Assembly: GCA_035559835.1 (NCBI GenBank)
Contig: DATMAP010000050.1
Coordinates: forward strand, 1-58,596
DNA: 58,596 nucleotides
Direction: 5' to 3'
Origin: Gaiellaceae bacterium
GTDB taxonomy: Bacteria; Actinomycetota; Thermoleophilia; Gaiellales; Gaiellaceae
This document shows, piece after piece, positions 9,720 to 18,606 of the stretch. The notes beneath the pieces were generated by a model. That model had not been told where the DNA came from. It ran no database searches and saw nothing but the letters and a program-made list of their open reading frames with translations. A program made the position numbers and the translations under genes. Positions within the stretch are counted from its first letter, which is position 1, and each line of letters opens with the position of its first letter.

Positions 9720-11050
9720 GGCGCGAATCTTCGCGCCTGGACGCGGTGGGCGCGAGCGATCTCGTTCTCGTCCGCCCGCACGAGCGCCCCGCCCCGGACG
9801 ACGTCCTCGCCGCCCACGACGAGGCGGTCGACGCGGTGGGGCGCGGAGAGGACGAGGCCCGCGACCGGGTCCTCCGCGCCGCCCAGCTCGAGCGCGTCGG
9901 TGCGCCAGACGGCGAGGTCGGCGCACTTCCCGGGCTCGAGCGAGCCGAGGTCGTCCCGGCGGAGGACGGCGGCGCCTCCGCGCGTCCCCAGGCGGAGCGC
10001 TTCCCGCGCGGTCATCGCCGCCGGGCCGCCGCGTCCGCGGGCGACGAGCAGCGCCTGCTTCACCTCGAGCAAGAGGTCGCCGCGCTCATTCGAGGCCGAG
10101 CCGTCCACGCCGAGCCCGACGCGGACGCCGGCGTCCACCAGCTCGCGCACCGGCGCGACCCCCGCTCCCAGGCGGAGGTTGGAGGTGGGGCAGTGGGCGA
10201 CGCCGGTGCCGGAGGCCGCGAAGTCCGCGATGTCGCGGGCGGAGAGGTGGACGCAGTGCGCGCACCAGACATCCTCGGCCAGCCAGCCGAGGGAGGCCAG
10301 GTACTCGACCGGCGTGCAGCCGCGCAGCTCGCGGCAGTAGGCCTCCTCCTCGACGGTCTCGGCGAGATGGGTGTGGAGCGCGAGCCCGAGGCGGCGGGCG
10401 AGCGCGGCCGACTCCTCCAGCAGCCGTCCGCTGACGGAGAAGGGCGAGCAGGGGGCGACGGCGATCTGGACGCGGGCTCCCGGCCCGGGCTCGTGCAGCT
10501 CCGCGGCGAGGCGCTCGGTGTCGGCGAGCACGGCGTCGAGCTCCTCGACGAGGTCGTCGGGAGGGAGCCCGCCGGCGGAGGCGCCCAGGTCCATCGAGCC
10601 GCGCGCGGCGACGATGCGGACACCCAGCTCGCGGGCGGCCTCGACCTCCGCCTCGACGAGCCCGGCCCGGCCGCGGGGAAAGACGTAGTGGTGGTCGAAG
10701 ACGGTCGAGCAGCCGGAGAGCGCGAGCTCGGCCAGGCCGGCGCGGGCGGCCGCGTGCTCGGCCTCGGCGTCGATCCCGGCCCAGACCGGGTACAGCTCCC
10801 GCAGCCAGGTGAAGAGGTCGGCCTGCTGGGCCCGGGCGCGGGTGAGCGTTTGGTAGAGGTGGTGGTGCGTGTTGACGAGGCCGGGCGTGACCACGGCGCC
10901 GCCGAGGTCGATCCGCTCGTCCGCTGCCGGCTCCTCCCCCGAGCCGACCGCGGCGATCACGCCGTCCTCGACGAGCACCCAGCCCGAGGGGTGCTCGGCG
11001 CCGGCGTCGTCGCAGGTGACGATCCAGCCGCCCGCGAAGAGCCGTCTCAT
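9716..11050 (-). CDS. amidohydrolase, 8-oxoguanine deaminase / guanine deaminase-like
   Basis: ATG 11050 gives MRRLFAGGWIVTCDD...PGLVNTHHHLYQTLTRA...HLAET...CPTSNLRLG...GVDGSASN. The track merges it into a 976-aa ORF through an open upstream frame. Confidence 0.75.
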   Translation of the reverse strand: MRRLFAGGWIVTCDDAGAEHPSGWVLVEDGVIAAVGSGEEPAADERIDLGGAVVTPGLVNTHHHLYQTLTRARAQQADLFTWLRELYPVWAGIDAEAEHAAARAGLAELALSGCSTVFDHHYVFPRGRAGLVEAEVEAARELGVRIVAARGSMDLGASAGGLPPDDLVEELDAVLADTERLAAELHEPGPGARVQIAVAPCSPFSVSGRLLEESAALARRLGLALHTHLAETVEEEAYCRELRGCTPVEYLASLGWLAEDVWCAHCVHLSARDIADFAASGTGVAHCPTSNLRLGAGVAPVRELVDAGVRVGLGVDGSASNERGDLLLEVKQALLVARGRGGPAAMTAREALRLGTRGGAAVLRRDDLGSLEPGKCADLAVWRTDALELGGAEDPVAGLVLSAPHRVDRLVVGGEDVVRGGALVRADENEIARAHRVQARRFAP

Positions 11051-12744
11051 GCTCGGAGGGGCACGAGCTGGAAGCGGTCGACGTCGACGAGCCCGCGGTC
11101 GGTGATCTTCAGGTGCGGGATGACCGAGAGCGCGAGGAAGGAGAGCGTCAGGAACGGCGTCGCCCCCGTCCAGCCGAGGGCTCGGGCGGCGTCGTTGCAG
11201 GCGAGGCTCCGGCGGACGACCTCGGCTAGCGGCGCGTCCGCGAGGAGCCCGGCGACCGGAAGCGGGAGCTCGGCTCGGACCTCGCCCCCCTCCACCGCCA
11301 CGATCCCGCCCCCGAGCTCCGCGAGCCTGCCCACCGCGTGCGCCAGGTCCTCGTCCCGGACTCCGAGGGCGACGATGTTGTGGGCGTCGTGGGCGACGGT
11401 CGACGCGAGCGCGCCGCGCTGCAGGCCGGACCCGCGCACGAAGCCGAGGCCGATCCGCCCCGTGCCGAGGTGGCGCTCGACGACGGCGATCTTGGCCAGG
11501 TCGCGCGCGGGGTCGGCGACCGCGGCCCCGTCGCGCACGGTGGGCCGCTCGAGGACGAGCTCGGTCACCACCTGGTCGGGCACGAGCCCGATCACCCGGG
11601 CCTGCGCCGACGCATCCCCCCAGCCGATCCGGAAGCTGTCGGCGCTGACCGGCTGGATCCGCACCGAGTGCTTGACCCACTCGGGCACCTCGGGGTGCGA
11701 GATCTCCGCTACGCGCCGGCCCGCCTTCAGCACGACCTCCGGCTGGAAGCGCTCGAGGTCTCCGAGCACGAGCAGGTCCGCCTGGTACCCGGGCGCGATC
11801 GCGCCCAGGTGCCAGAGGCGGTGCCAGACCGCCGGGTTGTGCGAGGCGAGCACGAGCGCGTCCTCGGGGGCGACTCCGGCGGCGACCGCCTCCCGGACCA
11901 TGCCGTTGACGTGGCCGTGCTCGGCGATGTCCTCGGGGTCGCGGTCGTCGGTGCAGAACGCGATCCCGTTCGTCCCCAGCTCGGCGACGAGCGGCAGCAG
12001 GGCCCGCAGGTTGCGGGCCATCGAGGCCTCGCGGACGAGCAGCCACATGCCGGCGCGGAGCCGCTCGCGTCCCTCCTCGACGGTCAGCGCCTCGTGGTCG
12101 GAGCGGATCCCGGCCGCGGCGTAGGCGTTCAGCTGCTTGCCGAGCACGCCCGGCGCGTGCCCGTCGACGTGCTGGGCGCCGGCGAGCGCGAGCTTCTCCA
12201 GCTCCGTCTCCTCGCCCGCGATGACGCCGGGGAAGTTCATCATCTCCGCGAGCCCCAGCACGCGCCGGCGGCGGAGCAGGCTCTCCAGGTCGCCCGGCGT
12301 GAGCGGTCGCCGGGGCGACTCGAACGGGGACGCCGGAACGCAGGACGAGGCCATGAAGTAGAAGTCGAGCGGGAGGTCCGCGCACGCGTCGAGCAGCCAG
12401 TGGACGCCGTCCGTCCCGAGCACGTTCGCCAGCTCGTGCGGATCGGCGACGACCGCGGTCGTCCCGAGCGGGAGCACGAGCCTGGCGAACTCGTCCGGGA
12501 GCAGCTTCGTCGACTCGAGGTGCATGTGGGCGTCGATGAAGCCGGGGACGACCCAGCGCCCGGACGCGTCGAGCGTCTCGCGTCCCTCGTAGTCGCCCAG
12601 CCCGGCGACGACGCCGTCCACGACGGCGACGTCCGTCTGCAGCCACTCCCTCGTGAACACGGAGAGCACGTGTCCGCCACGGACGACGAGGTCGGCGGGC
12701 TCGTCCCCGCGGGCGACCGCCAGGCGGCGCTGGAGCCTCTCCAT
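11047..12744 (-). CDS. ade: adenine deaminase
   Basis: ATG 12744 gives MERLQRRLAVARGDEPADLVVRGGHVLSVFT...PGFIDAHMHLESTKL...VADPHELANV...DGHAPG, typical Ade. ATGA overlap with the downstream deaminase gene. Confidence 0.85.
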   Translation of the reverse strand: MERLQRRLAVARGDEPADLVVRGGHVLSVFTREWLQTDVAVVDGVVAGLGDYEGRETLDASGRWVVPGFIDAHMHLESTKLLPDEFARLVLPLGTTAVVADPHELANVLGTDGVHWLLDACADLPLDFYFMASSCVPASPFESPRRPLTPGDLESLLRRRRVLGLAEMMNFPGVIAGEETELEKLALAGAQHVDGHAPGVLGKQLNAYAAAGIRSDHEALTVEEGRERLRAGMWLLVREASMARNLRALLPLVAELGTNGIAFCTDDRDPEDIAEHGHVNGMVREAVAAGVAPEDALVLASHNPAVWHRLWHLGAIAPGYQADLLVLGDLERFQPEVVLKAGRRVAEISHPEVPEWVKHSVRIQPVSADSFRIGWGDASAQARVIGLVPDQVVTELVLERPTVRDGAAVADPARDLAKIAVVERHLGTGRIGLGFVRGSGLQRGALASTVAHDAHNIVALGVRDEDLAHAVGRLAELGGGIVAVEGGEVRAELPLPVAGLLADAPLAEVVRRSLACNDAARALGWTGATPFLTLSFLALSVIPHLKITDRGLVDVDRFQLVPLRA

Positions 12745-12795
12745 CGCCGCGAGAGCGTACTCGGCGCGCCCTGGTGCGGGAAGGTCCCGCTGTCG

Positions 12796-12817
12796 TATAG
12801 TCGAGCGGTCACTCGAC
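12796..12817 (+). promoter_or_regulatory. candidate -10 box (TATAGT) and overlapping 6-6-6 inverted repeat upstream of the BMP transporter operon
   Basis: tatagt at 12796-12801 is a rare AT hexamer here. gtcgag-cggtca-ctcgac at 12800-12817. Lies in the divergent gap between ade (start 12744) and the BMP gene (12835). Confidence 0.35.
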
Positions 12818-12834
12818 GGGGACAGGAGGAGCAG

Positions 12835-13929
12835 ATGCGAAGGAGGTTTGGCGCGGCGGGGCTCGTCCTCGCGCTCGGCGCCGTTGGGCTGGCCCTCGCC
12901 GGCGCAGGCTCGGCGTCGCCCGAGCAGGGCGTCTTCAAGGCGGCGTGGATCTACGTGGGGCCGCACAACGACGGCGGCTGGTCGCAGGCCCACGACATGG
13001 GCCGCCTGGCAGTGCAGAAGGCGCTCGGGTCGAAGGTGAAGACCACCTACAAGGAGAACGTCCCCGAGGGCCCACAGGTCGCGCAGGTGATCGAGAGTCT
13101 CGTCCGCGACGGGAACAAGATCATCTTCGCCACCTCGTTCGGCTTCCAGGGAGCGATGGTCGCGGCGGCGAAGAAGCACCCGGACGTCTACTTCGAGATG
13201 GCGACCGGAACGGCCACCGCGAAGAACCTCGCCGAGTACTTCGGCGCCGGCGAGGATGCGATCTACCTCTCCGGGATGGCGGCAGGCGCGGCGACGAAGA
13301 AGGGCGTGATCGGCTACATCGTGCCCTTCCCGATCCCCGAGGTGATCCGCCACGCCAACGCCTTCGCGCTCGGGGCGCAGGCGATGCGGCCGAACGCCAA
13401 GGTGCGCCTCGTCTGGACGCACTCGTGGTTCGACCCGAAGAAGGAGCGCCAAGCGGCGGAGAGCCTCGTCGCCGCTGGCGCGGACGTCCTCGGCCAGAAC
13501 GTGGACAGCCCCTCGGCGGGACAGTACGCGGAGTCGAAGAAGATCCCGTGGGTGGGCTACGACGCGGACGCGCGCAAGTTCGCCCCCACCTCGTGGCTGA
13601 CGGCGGCGATCTACAACTGGGGCGTCTACTACGTCCCCCGCGTGAAGGCGGCGATGAACGGCACCTGGAAGAGCGGCTTCTACTACGGGACGATCAAGGA
13701 CGGCTTCACCGACATCGCCCCCTTCGGGCCGAAGGTGTCGGCGAAGACGAAGGCCGCCATCCTGGCGAAGAAGAAGGCGCTCGTCAACGGCACGTTCTAC
13801 GAGTTCACGGGCCCGCTGTACGACCAGCAGGGGAAGCTCCGCGTCCCCAAGGGGAAGCGGCTGACGGTCAAGGACCTCTACTCAATGGACTGGCTCGTCA
13901 AGGGCGTGATCGGTAGCGCCAAGGGCTAG
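12835..13929 (+). CDS. BMP-family (Med/PnrA-like) ABC transporter substrate-binding lipoprotein, purine/nucleoside type
   Basis: ATG 12835 preceded by GGAGGA. Signal peptide MRRRFGAAGLVLALGAVGLALAGAGSA. ...VGPHNDGGWSQAH...FATSFGF... BMP-family features. Confidence 0.85.
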   Translation: MRRRFGAAGLVLALGAVGLALAGAGSASPEQGVFKAAWIYVGPHNDGGWSQAHDMGRLAVQKALGSKVKTTYKENVPEGPQVAQVIESLVRDGNKIIFATSFGFQGAMVAAAKKHPDVYFEMATGTATAKNLAEYFGAGEDAIYLSGMAAGAATKKGVIGYIVPFPIPEVIRHANAFALGAQAMRPNAKVRLVWTHSWFDPKKERQAAESLVAAGADVLGQNVDSPSAGQYAESKKIPWVGYDADARKFAPTSWLTAAIYNWGVYYVPRVKAAMNGTWKSGFYYGTIKDGFTDIAPFGPKVSAKTKAAILAKKKALVNGTFYEFTGPLYDQQGKLRVPKGKRLTVKDLYSMDWLVKGVIGSAKG

Positions 13930-13968
13930 CGTGCGCTGAAGCCCCCGGCTCCACCGCGCGCTCCGTCG

Positions 13969-15531
13969 TTGTCCGGCTCGGCGGGCAACACCACTGCCAC
14001 AGTCGCCCCGCACGGGGCGGCTGTGGCGATGCGGGGGATCACGAAGCGGTTCCCGGGCGTGCTCGCCAACGACAGGGTGGACTTCGAGGCCGCCGTCGGC
14101 GAGGTGCACGCGCTGCTCGGAGAGAACGGCGCGGGCAAGACGACCCTCTCGAACATCCTCACGGGCCTCTACCGCCCGGACGAGGGCCAGATCGAGCTGT
14201 ACGGCGAGCCCGTTCGCTTCCACTCGCCGCGCGACGCCCTCGACGCGGGCATCTGCATGGTGCATCAGCACTTCCGCCTCGTGGCGCCGTTCACGGTGGC
14301 CGAGAACGTGCTCCTCGGCGACCACCGGGCGGAGGGCCGCAAGCTCGTGCTGCGCCCGCGCGCGATCGAGCGCCGGGTCGCCGAGCTCGGCGAGCGCTAC
14401 GGTCTCGACGTCGACCCCCGGGCGCGCATCTGGCAGCTCTCGGTGGGCGAGCAGCAGCGCGTGGAGATCCTGAAGGCGCTGTACCGCGAGGCCCGCATCC
14501 TCGTCTTGGACGAGCCCACCGCGGTGCTCACCCCGCAGGAGGCGGCGAAGCTGTTCGAGACGCTGCGGGCGATGGCCGCCGAGGGCCGGACGGTCGTCTT
14601 CATCTCCCACAAGCTGCACGAGGTGCTGGCCGTCTCCTCCCGCGTCACCGTCCTCCGGGGCGGGAGGACGGTCGCCACCCTCGCCACCGCCGACGCCACC
14701 CCCCGTTCGCTCGCGGCGCTCATGGTCGGCCGCGAGGTGGCGGAGGCGCGCCGGGTCGAGCGGGGAGGGCCGCCGGGGGACGTGGCCCTGGCGCTCGAGG
14801 GCGTGTCCGTCGCGGGCGACCGGGGCGGGCTCGCGGTGCGCGACGTCTCGCTCGCGGTGCGAGCGGGAGAGATCGTCGGCGTCGCCGGGGTCGCGGGGAA
14901 CGGCCAGCGCGAGCTGGCCGAGGCGGTGTACGGGATCCGCGACCTCGTCGCGGGCGTCGTCCGGGTCGAAGGGAAGGCGCTGCGCGCCGGCGACCCGCGC
15001 TCGGCGATCGCCGCCGGGGTCGCGCACGTGCCCGAGGACCGGCTCGGGACGGGGCTCGCGCCGGGCCTCAGCATCGCAGCGAACGTCGCCCTCAAGCGCT
15101 ACCGCGCTGCGCCGGTCTCGAGCGGCCCGCTGCTCCGCCTGCGGCGGATGCGGGAGCTGGCGGAAGCGCTCGTCCGCCGCTACGACGTCAAGGCGCCCGG
15201 AGTGGACACGCCCGTCCGGAACCTGTCGGGCGGGAACCTGCAGAAGCTCGTCCTCGGCCGAGAGTTCGACGGCGAGCCCCGCGTGCTCGTCGCCGCGCAG
15301 CCGACGCGCGGTCTCGACGTCGGCGCGATCGAGACCGTCCACGGGTATCTGCGGGCGGCGGCGGCGAGCGGCGTCGCGGTGCTCCTCCTGAGCGAGGACC
15401 TGGACGAGATCCTCACCCTCGCCGACCGGGTCGTCGTCATGTACGAGGGCGCGCTCGTGGGCGAGGTGGACGCCGGCGCCGCCAGCGCCGAGGAGATCGG
15501 CCTGCTCATGGCCGGGGGGCGGGGCCGGTGA
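13969..15531 (+). CDS. ABC transporter ATP-binding protein (duplicated ATPase, sugar/nucleoside-import type)
   Basis: Walker A GENGAGKTT, signatures LSVGEQQRV and LSGGNLQK, two ABC domains. Start uncertain: TTG 13969, GTG 14023 or ATG 14029. Confidence 0.85.
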   Translation: MSGSAGNTTATVAPHGAAVAMRGITKRFPGVLANDRVDFEAAVGEVHALLGENGAGKTTLSNILTGLYRPDEGQIELYGEPVRFHSPRDALDAGICMVHQHFRLVAPFTVAENVLLGDHRAEGRKLVLRPRAIERRVAELGERYGLDVDPRARIWQLSVGEQQRVEILKALYREARILVLDEPTAVLTPQEAAKLFETLRAMAAEGRTVVFISHKLHEVLAVSSRVTVLRGGRTVATLATADATPRSLAALMVGREVAEARRVERGGPPGDVALALEGVSVAGDRGGLAVRDVSLAVRAGEIVGVAGVAGNGQRELAEAVYGIRDLVAGVVRVEGKALRAGDPRSAIAAGVAHVPEDRLGTGLAPGLSIAANVALKRYRAAPVSSGPLLRLRRMRELAEALVRRYDVKAPGVDTPVRNLSGGNLQKLVLGREFDGEPRVLVAAQPTRGLDVGAIETVHGYLRAAAASGVAVLLLSEDLDEILTLADRVVVMYEGALVGEVDAGAASAEEIGLLMAGGRGR

Positions 15532-16661
15532 GGCTCGAGCGCCGCCTCGACCAGCCGCGACTGCTCCTCGTCGCCGTGCCGGTGGGGTCGCTCGCCGCCG
15601 CCTTCGTGCTGATGGCCTTCGTCCTCCTGGCGACGGGGCACAACCCGCTCGCCACGTACCGCCGGATGCTCGACTCGGCCTTCGTCGCGGACGGCGGGCT
15701 GACCTCGACCTTCGTCTTCTGCACCCCGCTCGCCTTCACCGGCCTCGCCGCGGCGGCGGCGTTTCGCATGCAGCTCTACAACATCGGCGGCGAAGGCCAG
15801 TTCTACCTCGGGGCCATCGCCGCCGTCGGGGTGACGCTCTACCTCGGCGACCTCGGCGTCGAGTCGACCCCGCTCCACGTCGTCGCCATGAGCGCTGCGG
15901 GGGCGGCCGCGGGAGCGGCCTGGGCCGCGATCCCGGCCGTGCTGCGGGCGTTCGCCAAGACCAACGAGATCATCACCACGCTCATGCTGAACTACGCCGC
16001 CGGGCTCGTCCTCACCTACCTGATCATCGACTCGAAGTCGTACTGGCGCGACCTGGAGAGCTTCGAGGGCCAGACCTTCCCGCTCGGGAAGTCGATTCCG
16101 GAGGCCGCGAGCTGGCCGGGCGCCGACCTCGGCCTCCTCGGCGGTGTCCTGCTCCCGCTCGGGTTCGGGGGGGCGCTCGCGCTCGCCGGCCTCATGTGGT
16201 TCGTCTACCGACAGACGCGCTTCGGCTTCGAGCTGCAGGTGATCGGGGACTCGCAGCGGACGGCCAGGTTCGCCGGGATGCGCCTGCGCCGCAAGATCCT
16301 GGCAGTGCTCTGCATCTCCGGTGCGATCGCGGGCCTCGGCGGCGCGAGCTTCGAAGGCGACTTCGCCCACCAGATCGACCCGACCGGCCTGCAGTCGTCG
16401 TTCTTCGGCTACACGGGGATCGTCGTCGCCGCCCTGGCCCGCTACAACCCGCTCGCGGTCATGCCCGTGGCCTTCCTCTTGGGCGGGCTCCAGAACGCCG
16501 GCTTCACGCTCCAAGGGGCCGACTTCCCCTCAGGCCTCGTGGGCGTCATGCAGGGGCTCATCCTCTTCTCCGCGCTCGGGGGAGAGGTGCTCGTGCGCTA
16601 CCGGTTGCGCCTCGGCCGGGCGGTGGCGCGCGCGGGGGCGCCGAGCGAGGTCGCCCCGTGA
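15528..16661 (+). CDS. ABC transporter permease (BMP-type importer)
   Basis: 377-aa polytopic ORF. GTGA overlap with the ATPase gene. Typical ...NIGGEGQFYLGA... motif. Confidence 0.8.
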   Translation: MRLERRLDQPRLLLVAVPVGSLAAAFVLMAFVLLATGHNPLATYRRMLDSAFVADGGLTSTFVFCTPLAFTGLAAAAAFRMQLYNIGGEGQFYLGAIAAVGVTLYLGDLGVESTPLHVVAMSAAGAAAGAAWAAIPAVLRAFAKTNEIITTLMLNYAAGLVLTYLIIDSKSYWRDLESFEGQTFPLGKSIPEAASWPGADLGLLGGVLLPLGFGGALALAGLMWFVYRQTRFGFELQVIGDSQRTARFAGMRLRRKILAVLCISGAIAGLGGASFEGDFAHQIDPTGLQSSFFGYTGIVVAALARYNPLAVMPVAFLLGGLQNAGFTLQGADFPSGLVGVMQGLILFSALGGEVLVRYRLRLGRAVARAGAPSEVAP

Positions 16662-17650
16662 CCGGGCAGCTCCTCGCGAGCGGCGTGAACGACGGCTTCG
16701 TCGTCCTCGTGCTCGCGTCCGCCGTCCTCTACGGCACGCCGCTCCTCTTCGCAGCGCTCGGCGAGCTCCTCGCGGAGCGGTCCGGGGTGCTCAACCTCGG
16801 CGTCGAAGGGATGATGCTCGTGGGAGCGGTGACGGGCTTCTGGGCCGTACAGAGGCTCGCCGGCGCGGGCGTGGTGTCGCTCGCTGCGGCGCTCGCCGTC
16901 GCGGCCGTCGCGGGCGCGCTGATGGCGCTGATCCACGCCTTCCTCGCGATCACGCTGCGGGCCAACCAGATCGTCTCCGGCCTGGCGCTGACCATCTTCG
17001 CCGGGGCGGCGGGGCTCTCCTCGTACCTCGGCAACGACCTCGGCCTGAGCGGCGCCCCGGCGCGGCACGCGTTCACGCCGCTCGACCTCTTCGGGCTCGG
17101 CGGCCTGCCGGTCCTGGGCCCCGTGCTCTTCGCCCAGTCGGTGCTCGTCTACCTGTCGTGGGCGTGCGTCCTCGCCGTCGGCCTCTACCTGAGCCGGACG
17201 CGCCCCGGCCTGAACGTGCGTGCGGTGGGGGAGGCGCCCGCGGCCGCGGACGCGATGGGGATCGGCGTGACCGGCTACCGCTACGTCCACACGATCGCCG
17301 GGGGCGCGCTCGCCGGGGTCGGCGGGGCCTGCTTCAGCCTCCAGATCACGCCGCAGTGGGTGGACGGCCTCACCGGCGGCGCGGGCTGGATCGCGGTCGC
17401 CCTCGTCATCTTCGCGTTCTGGCGCGCCGAGCTCTGCCTCGTCGGCGCGTACCTCTTCGGCGCGTTCTCGGCGCTGCCGTTGCTGCTCCAGGCCCGCGGC
17501 TGGCTGACAAGCGTTCCGTCCGAGGTCTTCACTTCCCTCCCCTACGTAATGACCATCGTCGTGCTCGTCACCGTCTCCTCGGGCGCCGCCAAGCGCAGGC
17601 TCGGCGCCCCGGCCGCGCTCGGGACCCCGTACGTGCGCGAGGAGCGCTAG
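16658..17650 (+). CDS. ABC transporter permease (BMP-type importer, second subunit)
   Basis: GTG 16658 overlaps the upstream TGA. VTGQLLASGVNDGFVVLV...LNLGVEGMMLVGA... polytopic. Confidence 0.8.
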   Translation: MTGQLLASGVNDGFVVLVLASAVLYGTPLLFAALGELLAERSGVLNLGVEGMMLVGAVTGFWAVQRLAGAGVVSLAAALAVAAVAGALMALIHAFLAITLRANQIVSGLALTIFAGAAGLSSYLGNDLGLSGAPARHAFTPLDLFGLGGLPVLGPVLFAQSVLVYLSWACVLAVGLYLSRTRPGLNVRAVGEAPAAADAMGIGVTGYRYVHTIAGGALAGVGGACFSLQITPQWVDGLTGGAGWIAVALVIFAFWRAELCLVGAYLFGAFSALPLLLQARGWLTSVPSEVFTSLPYVMTIVVLVTVSSGAAKRRLGAPAALGTPYVREER

Positions 17651-17663
17651 GACAGGGCGCGGT

Positions 17664-18455
17664 ATGGACGTCCTGACCCCCCGCTCGCTGCGCGAGGCGC
17701 TCCTCCTCAAGGCCGAGCACCCGGACGCGCTCCCCATCCAGGGCGGTACCGACGTGATGGTCGCGCTCAACTTCGACCGGGTCCGTCCCGAGCTGCTCCT
17801 GAGCCTGAGCGAGATTGCGGAGCTGCGCGGCTGGTCGCGCGACGGCAGGACGCTGCGCCTCGGGGCGGGCCTCACCTACGCTGAGGCGATGGGCGAACCG
17901 CTGGCGCAGGAGCTACCGGCGCTCGCCGAAGCGTCGCGCACGGTCGGCTCCCCGCAAATCCGTAACCGCGGGACCGTGGGGGGCAACCTGGGGACCGCCT
18001 CGCCGGCCGGCGACGCGCTCCCGCCGCTCCTCGTCGAGGGGGCCGAGGTCGAGCTGGCGAGCGTGCGCGGGACGCGGCGCCTGCCGCTCGCGGACTTCCT
18101 CCTCGGCCCGAAGCAGAACGCGCTCGCCCCCGACGAGCTGATCGCGGCTGTGCTCGTCCGCCCGAGCGGTCAGCCGCAGACGTTCATGAAGGTCGGCCCC
18201 CGGAACGCCATGGTCATCGCCGTCTGCTCGCTCGCGCTCGTCGCCGACCGCGAGCGAGGAGAGCTCCGGGCCGCCTTCGGGTCGGCGGCGCCCGTCGTCC
18301 GGCTGGTGGTCGCGCCGCTCGCGGAGGCGGACACGTTCCCCGAGCAGGTCGCGGCGGCGGCGAGCCCGATCGACGACGTGCGCGGCAGCGCCGCCTACCG
18401 GCGCCACGCGCTCCGCGTGCTCGCGCGGCGCGCGCTCGAGAGGTGCCTGGCGTGA
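17664..18455 (+). CDS. xanthine dehydrogenase family FAD-binding subunit
   Basis: 263 aa. ...PIQGGTDVMV..., IRNRGTVGGNL, C-terminal CO-dehydrogenase flavoprotein-like domain (DDVRGSAAYRRH). Confidence 0.8.
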   Translation: MDVLTPRSLREALLLKAEHPDALPIQGGTDVMVALNFDRVRPELLLSLSEIAELRGWSRDGRTLRLGAGLTYAEAMGEPLAQELPALAEASRTVGSPQIRNRGTVGGNLGTASPAGDALPPLLVEGAEVELASVRGTRRLPLADFLLGPKQNALAPDELIAAVLVRPSGQPQTFMKVGPRNAMVIAVCSLALVADRERGELRAAFGSAAPVVRLVVAPLAEADTFPEQVAAAASPIDDVRGSAAYRRHALRVLARRALERCLA

Positions 18456-18464
18456 GCCCAGCTT

Positions 18465-18479
18465 GTGACACTTTGTCAC
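18465..18479. promoter_or_regulatory. AT-rich perfect palindrome GTGACA-ctt-TGTCAC (CRP-box-like)
   Basis: Lies 10 nt after the FAD-subunit stop, inside the xdh operon. Reads tTGTGAcactttgTCACt, i.e. GTGA-N7-TCAC. Confidence 0.4.
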
Positions 18480-18494
18480 TTGGGAGGAAAACCC

Positions 18495-18602
18495 GGGCAC
18501 CGAGGAGGGCTCGGGCACTGAGGAGGGCTCGGGCACTGGGGCGAGCTTCGACACATGGGAGGGCTCGGGCGCTGAGGAGCGCTCGGGCACTCGGGAGGGC
18601 TC
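18495..18602 (+). repeat. six in-phase 18-nt tandem repeats, consensus GGGCACTGAGGAGGGCTC
   Basis: Units at 18495, 18513, 18531 (two degenerate units, 36 nt), 18567 and 18585. The array ends 4 nt before the GTG of the Fe-S subunit gene. Four units carry an intact SD-like motif (GAGGAGGG or GGGAGGG); one has a weaker GAGGAGCG and one degenerate unit has none. Confidence 0.85.
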
Positions 18603-18606
18603 GCCC

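Noticed and set aside
9716-12646. Single 976-aa minus-strand ORF, and likewise the 801-aa ORF 11047-13452
   Set aside because: Only the C-terminal parts carry amidohydrolase and adenine deaminase motifs. Upstream parts are open shadow frames across the neighbouring gene. Starts at 11050 and 12744 give normal lengths and ATGA coupling.
18495-18602. CRISPR array
   Set aside because: The 18-nt units are contiguous with no spacers, are too short, and are not associated with cas genes.
18469-18606. N-terminal extension of the Fe-S subunit through the repeat array (frame is open and in phase)
   Set aside because: No ATG, GTG or TTG occurs in frame between the TGA at 18466-18468 and the GTG at 18607. 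Fe-S subunits of this family normally begin close to the conserved (I/V)xLxVNG segment, as the 18607 start does.
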